IMG/VR virus record: IMGVR_UViG_3300045988_144476
DNA from: a virus
Length of the DNA: 64,000 nt
Strand: one strand, 5' to 3'
Part shown: piece after piece, positions 63,726-64,000 of the stretch
Layout of the letters: each line of letters opens with the position of its first letter
Position numbering within the stretch: the first letter of the stretch is position 1
The notes under the pieces: model-generated
Database searches by the model: none
Seen by the model: the letters and a program-made list of their open reading frames with translations, nothing else
What the model was told of the DNA's origin: nothing
Position numbers and translations under genes: made by a program

Positions 63726-64000
63726 TATGACAGAATCAACAAAAATTACAGCGGTAGCATTCGTTATCAACAAAGACGGTGATGTAAAATCTATCTCAGC
63801 CAAAACACCAAAAAACGTGGTGAATGATAACTTTTTCAGTTACGCTTGCCAGTATCATGCACTGAATATTCAGTATAATGTTGCTGAATCTGATGTGTTA
63901 AAAGCTGAATACGAAAAACTTGAAAAGTTATCTGATGATGTTAACGAACGATTAAAGATTCATAAAAAACACGTTGAAGATGCTAAAGCATACAGGACGG
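63726..64000 (+). CDS. hypothetical protein, partial (N-terminal 91 codons, runs off the right edge)
   Basis: ATG at 63726 follows AAAAGGGGAAAATT. The frame is open to base 64000. It is absent from the ORF track for lack of a stop. It is the only rightward gene at this end. Confidence 0.65.

Noticed and set aside
63114-63803. Short minus-strand ORFs 63114-63302, 63428-63631 and 63576-63803 in the control region.
   Set aside because: No convincing RBS at proper spacing. They overlap the rightward leader and the start of the rightward gene.
1-64000. First impression of a crAss-like podovirus (AT-rich, giant ORFs, tRNA array, non-canonical RNAP).
   Set aside because: The TP901-type tape-measure core followed by Dit, Tal and fibres, plus a major tail protein, indicates a long-tailed siphovirus-type module. 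The giant ORFs are tape-measure-like coiled coils, not virion RNAP.
1-64000. A diversity-generating retroelement or retron as an explanation for the structured RNAs.
   Set aside because: There is no reverse-transcriptase ORF and no template/variable repeat pair in the window.

Overview
AT-rich segment of a tailed dsDNA phage or prophage with siphovirus-type tail genes. GGAGG-type ribosome-binding sites and sigma-70-like promoters suggest a low-GC Gram-positive host. Almost everything is transcribed on the minus strand. From right to left: a divergent control region (62.8-63.7 kb), then an early/middle block with a Bro-N antirepressor-like gene, a Thg1-like 3'-5' nucleotidyltransferase, an amidoligase-like gene, a YonO/RdRP-fold single-subunit RNA polymerase, a Zn-ribbon protein and HU. 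Next is a 2.8-kb RNA region (50.6-53.3 kb) with 11 minus-strand tRNAs and about 2 kb of structured non-tRNA spacer, including an 800-nt candidate large ornate RNA. Then come a beta-CASP nuclease, ClpP and a metallophosphoesterase, followed by one more tRNA and the packaging/head genes (TerL, portal, scaffold-like, capsid). After those are the connector genes, the major tail protein, and a small non-structural insert containing RusA. The tape measure is split into two giant ORFs (1929 + 2658 aa) by a 3.6-kb island that is transcribed the opposite way and bracketed by an inverted copy of the second ORF's start region. The window ends with Dit, Tal, fibre genes and a fibre/adhesin ORF of at least 1917 aa that runs off the left edge. 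That ORF and a plus-strand ORF at the right edge are missing from the supplied track because they have no stop codon inside the window. The standard genetic code fits throughout. No CRISPR array, rRNA, integrase or reverse transcriptase was seen. Functional calls come from motif recognition by eye and from gene order, and none has been checked against a database.
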